DNA of 64,000 nt from IMG/VR virus record IMGVR_UViG_3300037067_021941, positions 1 through 64,000 of that record; one strand, given 5' to 3'. The position numbers were made by a program, and so were the translations under genes. Positions within the stretch are counted from its first letter, which is position 1, and every line of letters starts with the position of its first letter. The notes beneath the pieces were generated by a model that did not search any database, had not been told where the DNA came from, and worked only from the letters and a program-made list of their open reading frames with translations. The stretch comes from a virus (Duplodnaviria; Caudoviricetes). Positions 47,491 through 57,783 of this stretch are shown here, piece after piece.

Positions 47491-49599
47491 CTATGACGGC
47501 GATGGTGATGGCGATGGTGATGGCGACAATACTGTTGATGGTGGCGACAATGACAACGAAGGCGATGGCGACGGCGATAACACCGATGGTAAAGGTGAAA
47601 GTGAAGGCGATAATGCTGATGCCGATGGTGAAGGCGACAAACTAAGCGAGGGTGACAATGATGGTGATAACGACAATGAAGGCGACAATGACGGTTCTAT
47701 CTCTAAGGGTGCCTCTACAGCCCCTGTTGTTCCTGTATCAGCCGAAGTTGCGCTAGTCGTATTTACAGTAATAGTTAATTTATAACCAAGACAACAATCA
47801 AGCTTTAATGTATTGATTTCTGCACTCGTAATAATCGTACCAGACGAGCCATTAAAATAAAATGATATGGTTCCAATACCCGATAGATGCTGAGAATTGT
47901 CGCCAGATTGCCTAGTCATTGTTGACGTTTGTGCCGACTGGTCTGTAACCATCCAACTAATCGGGCAATTCTGCTTAGAAACTGCTTCTCGTGGATCAAA
48001 CGAAAATCCAGGTATTGTGTCTGTTTGTGAATTGTATAAATCCCTCGACTCATCACAAAGAGAATCATACTCTAGTTTCCAAACGACTGATGTTACTGTT
48101 GATGATTCAGTCGACACATTAATAGCGATATTATAATAATGAGATTCGCCGTTGATGCTGCAAACGGCAGCTTGTACCGATGTGCTGTTAATGTCGATCA
48201 CATTTACATCTTCAAATTTATATCCACCCTCAAGTAAGAATGATATCGGACAATCGCAATCACATCCATAAGATGACGACAATGGCGTCTGCAAGTCATC
48301 AATTATACAAACGGGACAAGAGCCAGTTACGTCATTTACATTCGAACAAAAGAAAAAATCTTCCTGGCAACACAATTGTCCCGGATTGGATTCTTCAATT
48401 ATGGACCACGGATAGTCTGGATTAGCGGCAGTGTTATCATTTGCCTTCTGCCATGGCATCATACTAGAGCCGACTTTTGTAAAATCCATCCACGATAATT
48501 TAGTGGCAGCCATATGCCTCTGCCGCAAACACGTGCTCGTAGGTGTCCATTCACTAAAAATAAGATTTGGTATATCTGCTGTTATCTCTGTAAGACTATA
48601 CCTAACTATATTCTTACAGCTATCAGTAATAGTCTGTAAAGCCGCATATGAGTTAGTGAGAGATGTAGTTGTAGTTGAGCATATATGACCGACAGCAAGC
48701 TTAGATACACAATTTGTTTTAAATAATTCAGTACTGAAATAGTTGATTAGACCAACACCATCACCCTGTCTCAATAATATTATGGCTTTGCTTGATATTA
48801 AATCATCACCAACGGTATCTGATACAATTTCTAAAAAATTGCTACCATCGATTCCGGTAGGACCCTTTCTACCCATTTGCAAAGCTTTATAGTACCAAGA
48901 CGTTGCCCCCCATTGAGAACTTGTAATTTGACCGGCCAATCGACCTGCAGAATAATCAAAAAACGTAGAATCAGAATCTATTACAACATCAGATTGTATT
49001 ATTTCAAATTCAGAGTTGATAATTTCAATCGTAATCGTTGAAGTAATGGAATTGCCAGAAAAAACTCTTAATGATATTGGAGTACCCAATGAATTGTCAA
49101 CAAGAACATTTATCTGTAATCTAGTCCCATTTATTGTTGCAAGATATTTCTGTTCGGCAGCTCCTGCCGTACCATCAGCTCCTTTATTTCCTTGTTCACC
49201 AGTCTTACCTCGTTCCCCTGGACATTTTAACTGCGATAATAGTGATAGTAACCGTGGTCTGCTTACTTCTATTCTTAAATCATTTGCTGATTCTGGTTCG
49301 AACGTGATAGTATGGTTAGAAGATTGAAATAAATAATAATATCCTGCTACATGTGGATATATTTTAAGAAAATCAAAAGTAAGCCCACCCTGAACGGCAT
49401 CTGATATAGCGTTTATACGTGTGGTGATACCTGGTGAAACCAATCCATCATTAGTCTCGGTAACAACAGGTGAACTACCAATAGTCCCAACATTTATCCA
49501 CGAATTTGTTTGTCTGTCATATTGCCATATTGTACCATATGTATCGCACACTTCCATACCATCAGTAGCTGTCTTCGGCAGATGTGCAATATTAGCCAT
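47491..49599 (-). CDS. Paralogous Cys-rich collagen-containing protein with Ser-Pro-rich tail
   Basis: Shares blocks with 44697-47480 (e.g. [14 protein letters not shown]); C-terminal SPSLSPSPS repeats. Confidence 0.7.
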   Translation of the reverse strand: MANIAHLPKTATDGMEVCDTYGTIWQYDRQTNSWINVGTIGSSPVVTETNDGLVSPGITTRINAISDAVQGGLTFDFLKIYPHVAGYYYLFQSSNHTITFEPESANDLRIEVSRPRLLSLLSQLKCPGERGKTGEQGNKGADGTAGAAEQKYLATINGTRLQINVLVDNSLGTPISLRVFSGNSITSTITIEIINSEFEIIQSDVVIDSDSTFFDYSAGRLAGQITSSQWGATSWYYKALQMGRKGPTGIDGSNFLEIVSDTVGDDLISSKAIILLRQGDGVGLINYFSTELFKTNCVSKLAVGHICSTTTTSLTNSYAALQTITDSCKNIVRYSLTEITADIPNLIFSEWTPTSTCLRQRHMAATKLSWMDFTKVGSSMMPWQKANDNTAANPDYPWSIIEESNPGQLCCQEDFFFCSNVNDVTGSCPVCIIDDLQTPLSSSYGCDCDCPISFLLEGGYKFEDVNVIDINSTSVQAAVCSINGESHYYNIAINVSTESSTVTSVVWKLEYDSLCDESRDLYNSQTDTIPGFSFDPREAVSKQNCPISWMVTDQSAQTSTMTRQSGDNSQHLSGIGTISFYFNGSSGTIITSAEINTLKLDCCLGYKLTITVNTTSATSADTGTTGAVEAPLEIEPSLSPSLSLSPSLSPSLSLSPSPSASALSPSLSPLPSVLSPSPSPSLSLSPPSTVLSPSPSPSPSPS
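49120..49471. repeat. 352-bp direct repeat, copy 2
   Basis: Identical to 47001-47352. Confidence 0.9.
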
Positions 49600-49604
49600 A
49601 TATT

Positions 49605-49808
49605 TTAATCATCTGATGATATTGCATCCAGTAATTCACCTGGATCATAATCTACCAACGGAACGGCATGATCCGTACTGTCTTCGTTTTCTGATTCTGT
49701 GGCACAACGCACACACAAAACCGTATCTGGAACAGCCTTTAAACGCTCCTTAGGTATCTTTCGCCCGCACTGTTCACAGATAATAATAATTTGTTCTATT
49801 TTTTCCAT
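49605..49808 (-). CDS. DksA/TraR-type C4 zinc-finger protein
   Basis: CEQCGRKIPKERLKAVP...LCVRCA..E; GGAGG RBS. Confidence 0.8.
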   Translation of the reverse strand: MEKIEQIIIICEQCGRKIPKERLKAVPDTVLCVRCATESENEDSTDHAVPLVDYDPGELLDAISSDD

Positions 49809-49862
49809 TTCGCATTACCTCCTAATACATACTTACATTTACACATAAGAAAATATAAATAC

Positions 49863-50474
49863 ATGGATACCATCAGGTTTGAACGCAAACTATTCGAATC
49901 TCTACTAAACGAGTCTATGACGACCGATGGAATAATCTACTCTATCAATAAACAACGTAAGTCAAGACAATTGAATCAATTAAGCCACAATACTAAGATA
50001 GATATCGCTGCAAAAATTCAAGCAAAACAAATGGCGTCTACAGGCGAGTTTGGACATGTTCTAAGAGGAGCAAAATATCCAACACTGGCAGATAGAATGA
50101 GAGTAACTGAATATGCTTATTCTAATGCTGGCGAGGTATTATATTCAGGAATAGATGATACAGAGACAGTAGTACAGTCTTGGCTGAATTCCAAACCCCA
50201 TCGCGAAGCAATATTGCACCCTGATGTCGAGGAGATTGGTATATCTGTACAATATTCCCAAAAAGGAAGACCATATGTCTGTGCGGTGGTGTGCATTCCA
50301 ATTGGAAAGAAATCAGATACAATTGAAGATATAGGCGACGAAATTTTAGAAGTCGTAAAAAGGTACGGGAAAACTGCTGGTAAGAAATTACTTATCAAAA
50401 TAGCTAAATCTGACTATATGAAAGAGATAATCAAATCTCCAATAATTCAAAAGATTATAGCAATATTAAGATAA
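49863..50474 (+). CDS. CAP (SCP/PR-1) domain protein
   Basis: INKQR, AA..QAKQMA...H, GEVL, VVQSWLNSKPHREAIL, EIGI. Confidence 0.8.
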   Translation: MDTIRFERKLFESLLNESMTTDGIIYSINKQRKSRQLNQLSHNTKIDIAAKIQAKQMASTGEFGHVLRGAKYPTLADRMRVTEYAYSNAGEVLYSGIDDTETVVQSWLNSKPHREAILHPDVEEIGISVQYSQKGRPYVCAVVCIPIGKKSDTIEDIGDEILEVVKRYGKTAGKKLLIKIAKSDYMKEIIKSPIIQKIIAILR

Positions 50475-50484
50475 AACTGCGGTA

Positions 50485-50859
50485 CTAATAAGATGAAATG
50501 GAATCGCCCGCTTTAATAAACTTAGCCATCTCCTCAGGCGTTGCATGTTTAGCGCAGAACATATGGTGATTGAATACATCGGGCTTGTGTTTAATGAATC
50601 CGACAGTCATCGCCTGTTCATTGCAACCTTCGGATTCGCATTTTTCCTTTGGCCATTCTCGCATGATTGGGGTGAATTCGATACCTTGGATCAGATACAA
50701 CCGCCAATGCTCACGAGCCTCTTGTTCCGTCGTATGACCTGGACAATCAGATGCACATAATCCGACAGGCCATATTCGATCACCATTTCTACATGTGTAG
50801 TGAAATAAGCCAGTGGATTTACCATCTTTGATAATCTCACGTGGTTGGTAGTAGTTCAT
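50485..50859 (-). CDS. Hypothetical Cys/His-containing protein
   Basis: ATGA-coupled to the endonuclease gene. Confidence 0.55.
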   Translation of the reverse strand: MNYYQPREIIKDGKSTGLFHYTCRNGDRIWPVGLCASDCPGHTTEQEAREHWRLYLIQGIEFTPIMREWPKEKCESEGCNEQAMTVGFIKHKPDVFNHHMFCAKHATPEEMAKFIKAGDSISSY

Positions 50860-52418
50860 TTTGAACTCCATAACAATTTATAATGACCAGCACCCCATAA
50901 TCTACGATATTTATTGTTGAACATGTTTATTGATTCCGATAGCGTCGGATCAAATGCCTCTAATCTATTTGATAATTTATGTTTTTGAAAATGCTGTCTG
51001 CTAAATAATAGGTCTTTTTTGACATAACAATAATCGGGTTTAGTTTTCAATACGACAGTAAATCCGTTGTGTTGATAAGAACTAGCAGACGAATATCTCC
51101 TATCAGCATAGCTCATGATTTGTTGTATACCTATTTGTTTCACAGCATATTTCAATAATTTTGTAAACCCACCAGCAACACTATGACCACATAGTACAGC
51201 GTATCGTATTAATTCATATTGATATTTAGGGTGTCTTGATAGTGACATGACTGCCAGTAAAGCATCATTGTATTTTAACCCAAAATGCCATGATGCTTTA
51301 CGCCCACCTTGTAGATGATTTTCATCCATAAATTTCACAGCGTCTATATTATCAAGCCCAACGATATGACATTTACGTGCTTGGTCTCGATGACTTAACT
51401 GCAAATTGTGACTTATCATTGAACAAACAATTTTGTTTTTACCGTACCATTCGTAATCCCAAAATTGCAGTAGTCGCACACCGGCAGATTCAGCAGCATT
51501 TGCTTTATACATGTGCTTTAGTTTCTGTTTTATTGTTTCTGGTGCACCGTATGAATGACGATAAATACCATGAAACTCAATAGCTAGTTTATGTGCAGGA
51601 ATATAGATATCTGCCTCGTATGGTTTTAATATATTTCTGTCGTTTATAACTAATTGTATATTCAAAGCAGTTAAGAATTCAACTAACTGTTGGTGGCCCT
51701 TTGAAACAGAATTAGCCGAAGCACACTTCTGACATCCGCACCCATTTAAATGATCTGCTGGTGTTTGCGTAAAAAGACCATGTTTTTCACATCCTATTAA
51801 AATTTTATGTCTGCATCCTGCATATTCAGCCTCATCGTAATGATATTTATCATTGTGAACGTTACGCGCTTTTGCGGTGAATTCTTCCTTAGTACTCATC
51901 AAAGATGTTGATATGGCTCTCCTATACTCATCCGATTGCCGCTGCAAAAGAATGGCTGACTTGCGTTCCTCGTCTTGCCAATAACTAGCTGCTAATTTTG
52001 CGTTTGTTATTTTAATATCTACCGGAACCGTCATCATACCAGCAATAACAGAGGCAGAAAAAGTGGGGTTGTTAACCCTTTGTGCAGCCAGTTTTTGATA
52101 CACCTCTTTGTTTGTGGCTCTATTTAACTTGGCGGCACATCGTTTACATCGGACATATCCATCTCTAATAGCCCTGCGTTGCATTTGTCTTGGTTTGCCA
52201 CAATCAATGCAGTTACATATTACGATATCAGTGTTTTTGGGCTGTGCTGCATATTTCGCTTTCATTACATCAGACTTGAGTTTGTTGGCATTATCAGACG
52301 CACATTTGCCGCATAACACAATACCAGACTTGTGCAAAGTCTTAAAATAATTTGATATGGTCTTACTACTTTTATCGCCACATTGTGGGCATGTAAATAT
52401 TTTACGTTTAGCTGCCAT
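50856..52418 (-). CDS. Hef-like homing endonuclease (zinc ribbons, Vsr-like nuclease, GNAT-like C-terminus)
   Basis: CEKHG.F.QTP..HL.G.GC.KC, EADIYIP..KLAIEFHG, F...NHLQG, SYADRRYS. Confidence 0.75.
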   Translation of the reverse strand: MAAKRKIFTCPQCGDKSSKTISNYFKTLHKSGIVLCGKCASDNANKLKSDVMKAKYAAQPKNTDIVICNCIDCGKPRQMQRRAIRDGYVRCKRCAAKLNRATNKEVYQKLAAQRVNNPTFSASVIAGMMTVPVDIKITNAKLAASYWQDEERKSAILLQRQSDEYRRAISTSLMSTKEEFTAKARNVHNDKYHYDEAEYAGCRHKILIGCEKHGLFTQTPADHLNGCGCQKCASANSVSKGHQQLVEFLTALNIQLVINDRNILKPYEADIYIPAHKLAIEFHGIYRHSYGAPETIKQKLKHMYKANAAESAGVRLLQFWDYEWYGKNKIVCSMISHNLQLSHRDQARKCHIVGLDNIDAVKFMDENHLQGGRKASWHFGLKYNDALLAVMSLSRHPKYQYELIRYAVLCGHSVAGGFTKLLKYAVKQIGIQQIMSYADRRYSSASSYQHNGFTVVLKTKPDYCYVKKDLLFSRQHFQKHKLSNRLEAFDPTLSESINMFNNKYRRLWGAGHYKLLWSSK

Positions 52419-52440
52419 ATACTACATTTGATTGACGGCA

Positions 52441-54216
52441 TTAAAATGGAATGTCGTCGTCCTCTGTTGGTTTTGATCGGATTTCTTGAATTTCCGATTT
52501 AAATGCCTCGCCATAATTAACAGCGTCTTTAAACCACGATGGAATCATACTAGCTGCTTCTAACATAAATCTGTTGAAAACTTCATCAAGCACATAAGTG
52601 TGTGCCCAGTCAGTCTCACTTCGAATACTGCGACCGCATGATTGGATAAGTTTCAAGGCTGTCAACCACTGATAATATCGCCGATCAAGCTCCATTCTTC
52701 GCATAAGTTGTTTATTGTCCATGAAATTAGGCCATGGTACTTTACAAATCAACTGTACCCTACTTAAATCACCACGCAAATCCAAACCTTCATGCAATGC
52801 CGGTGCTACTATGATAGTATTATCGCTATCATTATGCCTCCGTAGCATGTCTTCTTTTGTAGCAAATCGTTTTTGATATAAAAATCTATGGCGATGTCGC
52901 GACTTTTCCATCAGATAATCAGCAATAGCAAAATTGTGCGTATGAATGATACCACGATCATTCTCATATCTATTTAAAATCTGATCTGTCTTTGCAACTA
53001 ACTTTGGAGCCCATTCGTTCATTTTAGCAGGACCGCCAACTATTCTAGCTGCACTATCGACAATTATTGGGCGATTCTCGACTGGGAACCTATTCTTCAT
53101 ACGATATGCAGCTACTTGGTTCCTTGGTATGCCCAAAGAATAGCAAAATATATCAACGTCTAATATTGTCGCACTCATCATCAAAACATTCGAGCCATTA
53201 TTAAACATCAATTTGTGGGATTTCGAATGTACAAAAATTGGCTTCAAAACAACAGAGCGATGCGTATGGCGATTTTTCTCTTTACCTTGCTCGACGATTT
53301 TGAATTCGGCAACCCAATCTTCACCTTCTTCTATGCTAGCGTAAAAAGCATTAATTTTACGAACTAGGCCCTCGTACTCATCAGCTGTTTCAGTGTCCTC
53401 AGCCTCTTCGGCTTCATCTACAATTATCTGTATTTTGGATAATATATTGTTGTCTTTGAATGACATATAGTATTCTTGCGGCATTTCATATTCTTCAAGC
53501 TTATATCCAAGCTTCTGTAGTCGCTTATCATCAATAGTTATTGATATAAAATCAAGAAGTTGGGGCTCTGCCTGGTGACATTCATCAATAATTAATAGAT
53601 CGCGTACCGAGAATCTTTGCGCGATGGCTCTTTGATATAAGAAACTACTATAATTCATAATTGCCACCTTGGCAATCATTGTCTTAGCTATTTGCTTATA
53701 ATAAGGGCACAAACTGTGATGCATAGCATTGAATGTTTTCTCTGCATAAGACTCGTTTTCACCCGGTTTATACGGAAAACACAATTCGCAACGACGAGCT
53801 TTATCCTTTTTGCGACAGTATCCTTTATCACAAGTTGGAGGCGCATCTAACAATCTATCCAAATCCTTTTGGAACATCGCTTTTCTGGCAACAGCATTCT
53901 TACCAAAGTTCCCATAGAAGGCACAGGTATAGGCTGATCGTCCCTTCAGGTCGACGACTTCACCGCTACCGAAATCTTTCATTATCTGTGTCTGCAGAAC
54001 TTTCTGAACGGTAAGGTAATAGCTACTTGTAAAGAATTTCGCAACAGCCATACCAATAGCCGACTTACCTGCACCAGTTGGTGCTTCGAGAACGACATAC
54101 TTCTTACCAGACATGAATGCTTTGAGTATAAATTCGATACATTCAAGCTGGCCTTCTCTGAAAGTATCGAATGGAAAATATTCCGGTATTTTGCTTAGGT
54201 CGAATTCTAATTTCAT
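52441..54216 (-). CDS. DinG/XPD-family SF2 helicase
   Basis: REGQ, EAPTGAGKS, LKGR..Y.C, CPYY, IIDECH, MSAT, EGLDL, QSCGRSIR. Confidence 0.9.
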   Translation of the reverse strand: MKLEFDLSKIPEYFPFDTFREGQLECIEFILKAFMSGKKYVVLEAPTGAGKSAIGMAVAKFFTSSYYLTVQKVLQTQIMKDFGSGEVVDLKGRSAYTCAFYGNFGKNAVARKAMFQKDLDRLLDAPPTCDKGYCRKKDKARRCELCFPYKPGENESYAEKTFNAMHHSLCPYYKQIAKTMIAKVAIMNYSSFLYQRAIAQRFSVRDLLIIDECHQAEPQLLDFISITIDDKRLQKLGYKLEEYEMPQEYYMSFKDNNILSKIQIIVDEAEEAEDTETADEYEGLVRKINAFYASIEEGEDWVAEFKIVEQGKEKNRHTHRSVVLKPIFVHSKSHKLMFNNGSNVLMMSATILDVDIFCYSLGIPRNQVAAYRMKNRFPVENRPIIVDSAARIVGGPAKMNEWAPKLVAKTDQILNRYENDRGIIHTHNFAIADYLMEKSRHRHRFLYQKRFATKEDMLRRHNDSDNTIIVAPALHEGLDLRGDLSRVQLICKVPWPNFMDNKQLMRRMELDRRYYQWLTALKLIQSCGRSIRSETDWAHTYVLDEVFNRFMLEAASMIPSWFKDAVNYGEAFKSEIQEIRSKPTEDDDIPF

Positions 54217-54217
54217 T

Positions 54218-54409
54218 TTAAATAGTTGGTTTTATGCCCAACAACACCTGTGTATTCCGTATAAATTCTCTATCAATTGGTTCCAAAATCTCAGAGGATA
54301 TTTTTGCAAGTTTCGCACAACTTGTGCATAGCATGCGAGAACCATCTAGATACTTCACTTCAACAACACCGTCGTTTTGACAGCTAAAATTTCTCGATTG
54401 GCATCTCAT
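54218..54409 (-). CDS. Small Cys-rich protein
   Basis: C....C...CTSC. Confidence 0.45.
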   Translation of the reverse strand: MRCQSRNFSCQNDGVVEVKYLDGSRMLCTSCAKLAKISSEILEPIDREFIRNTQVLLGIKPTI

Positions 54410-54424
54410 CCAAATTCAAATACT

Positions 54425-54673
54425 TTATGTAGTAGTAGCTATATCAGAAGCTACCGCTTTACTCCATTTTACCCATAAATCTTTTATCGATTCTAAGTAT
54501 TTTAGTGGTAACTCAACTTCGCCGTTTTTCTCTAACGCTGCAAAGCTTCCAAATTTAACTAATTTCCTAGTGTCTATATCGTGAAAAGAGTGAGCCCATT
54601 CACAGAATCGCAACCAAGTCTCTTTGCTTGTGTCAATGTTGTTTAAGGCACTCTGTAGATTTTCATTAAACAT
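54425..54673 (-). CDS. Hypothetical protein
   Basis: GAGGTG RBS. Confidence 0.55.
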   Translation of the reverse strand: MFNENLQSALNNIDTSKETWLRFCEWAHSFHDIDTRKLVKFGSFAALEKNGEVELPLKYLESIKDLWVKWSKAVASDIATTT

Positions 54674-54698
54674 AAATCACCTCTCATAAAAATTTGAC

Positions 54699-55805
54699 AT
54701 GACAAAAATAGCAATTATTGCCGACGTTCATCTTGGATATTCAGGACGTAATAATGACATTTTGTGGGCTTTGAGAACTGTTAGAAATTATTGCCATAAC
54801 CATGATATCGATATTGTCATAGTTCTCGGTGATCTTTTTCACGACAGACAACATCTATCTATAGAAATACTTTGTGGAGCTTATGATTTTTTCAAAGAAG
54901 CGAAAAATGAATATAACCAACAATGGATTGCATTCCCAGGTAATCACGATATGTTCTTAAAACATAGCTGGGACATTAATAGCATCCGTCCACTTGGTGA
55001 GCTTCTGACTATTATCGACACAGTCAAGATTTTAGAAATTGATGGCAGAAGATATTGGATATTGCCATTTGTATACTCCGAATCAGCATATATGCGGATT
55101 CTAGAGCGAATAGAAAAACAAGCGAGTAAAGAAGACGTGTTGCTTACGCATGTCGGAGTTAATAACGCAATCCAGAATGTATGCTTCTTATTACAAAGAT
55201 GGTCAATGGTAACATTTATTCAAAGCAAGTTTGATCGCGTGTATGCCGGACATTTCCATCTTTGTCAACATGTGCATAATAATCTTTGGTATCCTGGTAG
55301 CATCATACCTTTTAAATTCGACGAAGGTGATACTGAACATGGATTCTTTGTTTTCGACCAAGACAAAAACGAACATGTATTCATTGATGTTTTCGCAGAG
55401 AGTAGATTATCAGCACCAAAAATAGCAACACCACCTCAATTTTGTACATTCGCCGAAGAATTTCTCGATAAAAAGACAGAAACTGACGTAACTGGTAATA
55501 TTATCAGAATAGCCACGACTAGAGACTATACACCAAACGAAACACAAGAAATACGTGAACACTTTATGTCAATGGGTGCTAAGAAGGTTACTTTTATTAA
55601 CCTATCTGATGATGAAGCACCGAATGCGAAATTATTGGAATTTGAACCAATAAAAATAGAAGATTTGTTTGCTAGGTGGTTCGATCAAGACTTACGCAAT
55701 GCAAAAGATTTACGACGCAATTTAGCAATCAGATTAAATCGAGAAATAGTTGACGAAGGCAACGAATTATACTCTAAACGAATGGACCCAGATGCCATCA
55801 TTTAA
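54699..55805 (+). CDS. sbcD: Mre11/SbcD (T4 gp47-like) nuclease
   Basis: ADVHLG, LGDLFH, PGNHD, LTH, AGHFH, YPGS. Confidence 0.88.
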   Translation: MTKIAIIADVHLGYSGRNNDILWALRTVRNYCHNHDIDIVIVLGDLFHDRQHLSIEILCGAYDFFKEAKNEYNQQWIAFPGNHDMFLKHSWDINSIRPLGELLTIIDTVKILEIDGRRYWILPFVYSESAYMRILERIEKQASKEDVLLTHVGVNNAIQNVCFLLQRWSMVTFIQSKFDRVYAGHFHLCQHVHNNLWYPGSIIPFKFDEGDTEHGFFVFDQDKNEHVFIDVFAESRLSAPKIATPPQFCTFAEEFLDKKTETDVTGNIIRIATTRDYTPNETQEIREHFMSMGAKKVTFINLSDDEAPNAKLLEFEPIKIEDLFARWFDQDLRNAKDLRRNLAIRLNREIVDEGNELYSKRMDPDAII

Positions 55806-56013
55806 CGAGCCAACGCTTACATTTCGAACGTTATACCTAGGTAAGATTACTATTCCAGCATCAATCATTGTAAAATGGACCGAACGTTTAGATGTGACTG
55901 ACAGGCTAGAGCATTGTGCGGAGATCACGTTAAGAGATGGTACGTTTTTAATCGCTACCGACAGAATGACGCACAATGCGCGAAAAAACAAGAAAAATTG
56001 GCATCACTGTTAG
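55792..56013 (+). CDS. Hypothetical protein
   Basis: Small ORF overlapping the sbcD stop. Confidence 0.4.
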   Translation: MPSFNEPTLTFRTLYLGKITIPASIIVKWTERLDVTDRLEHCAEITLRDGTFLIATDRMTHNARKNKKNWHHC

Positions 56014-57743
56014 TTCTTCTTTTTGCTCGGTTTCTTAATAACATTCTTTTCCGCCACAACTGGCGCGTACTTGCGGAAGCATAATAAATTATTCGTAAAC
56101 CATCTCATAAAATAACCATCGAAGCAATATTCTAGACATTTGTTTTGCAGATCCAACTCATGAATAAGTCCTAAATTCTTAAATTTATCACACCAATATT
56201 GCTTGGGACGACAATTGATATGCCCAACTCCACCTTGCCCAGGTTGTGCTGCAGTCCAAATAAGAATGCCGTTAGGTGAGAGACAATCGTAAATTTGTTT
56301 TGCGATCTGATCAGAATATTGTGGGTCAATGTGCTCCGCAACTTCTAAACAGACGACCAATGGTTTTTGATACTTACCATTTAACCTCAAAAGGTCCTCA
56401 ACAAACAAATTTTCTTCATTATCGATACGTGGATCAATATCAATACCTATGCAATTGACGCCGATATCAGTCATCGCATAGGTATAAGTTCCGGGACCAC
56501 ATCCGATATCAATGACATCATTCGGGTTAATGACCTCTTTAATCCAAGTAGCCAACCGATTTGCGAACGGCCTCTCTTCTAAAGCTACCTGCTCGTAATC
56601 GATCTGCTCTTTTGTGATAACCGGATATATTTTTTTATTGAAGCCTAATTCGGTGCGATTTGGTTTCGGCTCATACCAGCCCTGCTTACCGTGAATGTCG
56701 AGAACAGATTCGAAGAATTCTTCGTACATCCCTGCAACTCGTTCCATTGAGAAGTTGTTTAACGCCCACTCGCGACAGATGTGTGGGTTGATTTTATGAA
56801 TATTTTTGGCAGCCCAAACAAACTGTTCAAACGTATGGCAGCGATAGCCTGTTATGCCGTGTAGATTATTCTCAGTGAAGGCACCCCAGTCTGTTGTGAT
56901 AGTCGGTGTTCCAGAGAACAAGCTTTCAATTTGAACACCGCCAAAAGGTTCATTATATTGACTGGCTAAGATCAAACCCTTTGCGCGTGCCATTAATTTC
57001 TTACGCTTATCGATATCAGCATAGCCGACAAATTCAACATGTCCATCATCAGCAAGCTTATATTCTTCATCTCTCTGCCCCGCTACCACAAGTTTAGCTC
57101 CAATAGCTTTCGTTACTTGTTCCGCGATATGAATCCCCTTACCAACATAAACGCGACCACAGAATAGGAAATAGTCATCTTTTTCAGCTGAAAATTCAAA
57201 TTCATCTGGATTAAAGTAATTCGGAATGACGACGTCATACCAATTCTGCATACAAGTACCGACAGATTGTAATCCGTAAAAAGCGTGATATATAGCATAC
57301 GACTCGAAAATCTTGTACTTTGCCCAATGGCCACCAGCATATCCAATACCTGGCTCAACGCAAATCAGATCAGGATGAGCATCACAAATCGGCCTATGCC
57401 CGGAGCCCCAAAAGGGCAAAATGAAATCGTTTTTCTGTTTTCTGATACCGATTTCTGCTATCGCATTTCTATTGAATGTTGTATAAGCGTGGTCATTTGT
57501 GTCGAATTTAAAGAAATGCTTGCGCCAATCATGATCGCCGTAAGCTTTTTTCCAATCTTCGTTTGTTAAAACCGGCACATGTTCTGAGCACTGTAAGTCT
57601 GAATCTTCATGGCCATAGTGGATGACGGTATGTCCGCGATCGGTCATCATTTTGGCAAATTTGACGACTTTCTGCGTATATGCACAGGCAACAAACTCTT
57701 TGGATGAGACTGTATGTTGGAGTCCCATTATATGAAAACGCAT
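56010..57743 (-). CDS. GT4 glycosyltransferase fused to SAM methyltransferase
   Basis: GR...[25 protein letters not shown]; then [25 protein letters not shown]. Confidence 0.85.
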   Translation of the reverse strand: MRFHIMGLQHTVSSKEFVACAYTQKVVKFAKMMTDRGHTVIHYGHEDSDLQCSEHVPVLTNEDWKKAYGDHDWRKHFFKFDTNDHAYTTFNRNAIAEIGIRKQKNDFILPFWGSGHRPICDAHPDLICVEPGIGYAGGHWAKYKIFESYAIYHAFYGLQSVGTCMQNWYDVVIPNYFNPDEFEFSAEKDDYFLFCGRVYVGKGIHIAEQVTKAIGAKLVVAGQRDEEYKLADDGHVEFVGYADIDKRKKLMARAKGLILASQYNEPFGGVQIESLFSGTPTITTDWGAFTENNLHGITGYRCHTFEQFVWAAKNIHKINPHICREWALNNFSMERVAGMYEEFFESVLDIHGKQGWYEPKPNRTELGFNKKIYPVITKEQIDYEQVALEERPFANRLATWIKEVINPNDVIDIGCGPGTYTYAMTDIGVNCIGIDIDPRIDNEENLFVEDLLRLNGKYQKPLVVCLEVAEHIDPQYSDQIAKQIYDCLSPNGILIWTAAQPGQGGVGHINCRPKQYWCDKFKNLGLIHELDLQNKCLEYCFDGYFMRWFTNNLLCFRKYAPVVAEKNVIKKPSKKKN

Positions 57744-57783
57744 TTTATACTCCTTGAACGGATTTTGTGATTCTTTTAAATAC

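Noticed and set aside
47001-49471. Diversity-generating retroelement TR/VR pair
   Set aside because: The copies show no adenine-specific mismatches, lie near the 5' ends of the genes, and no reverse transcriptase is in the window.
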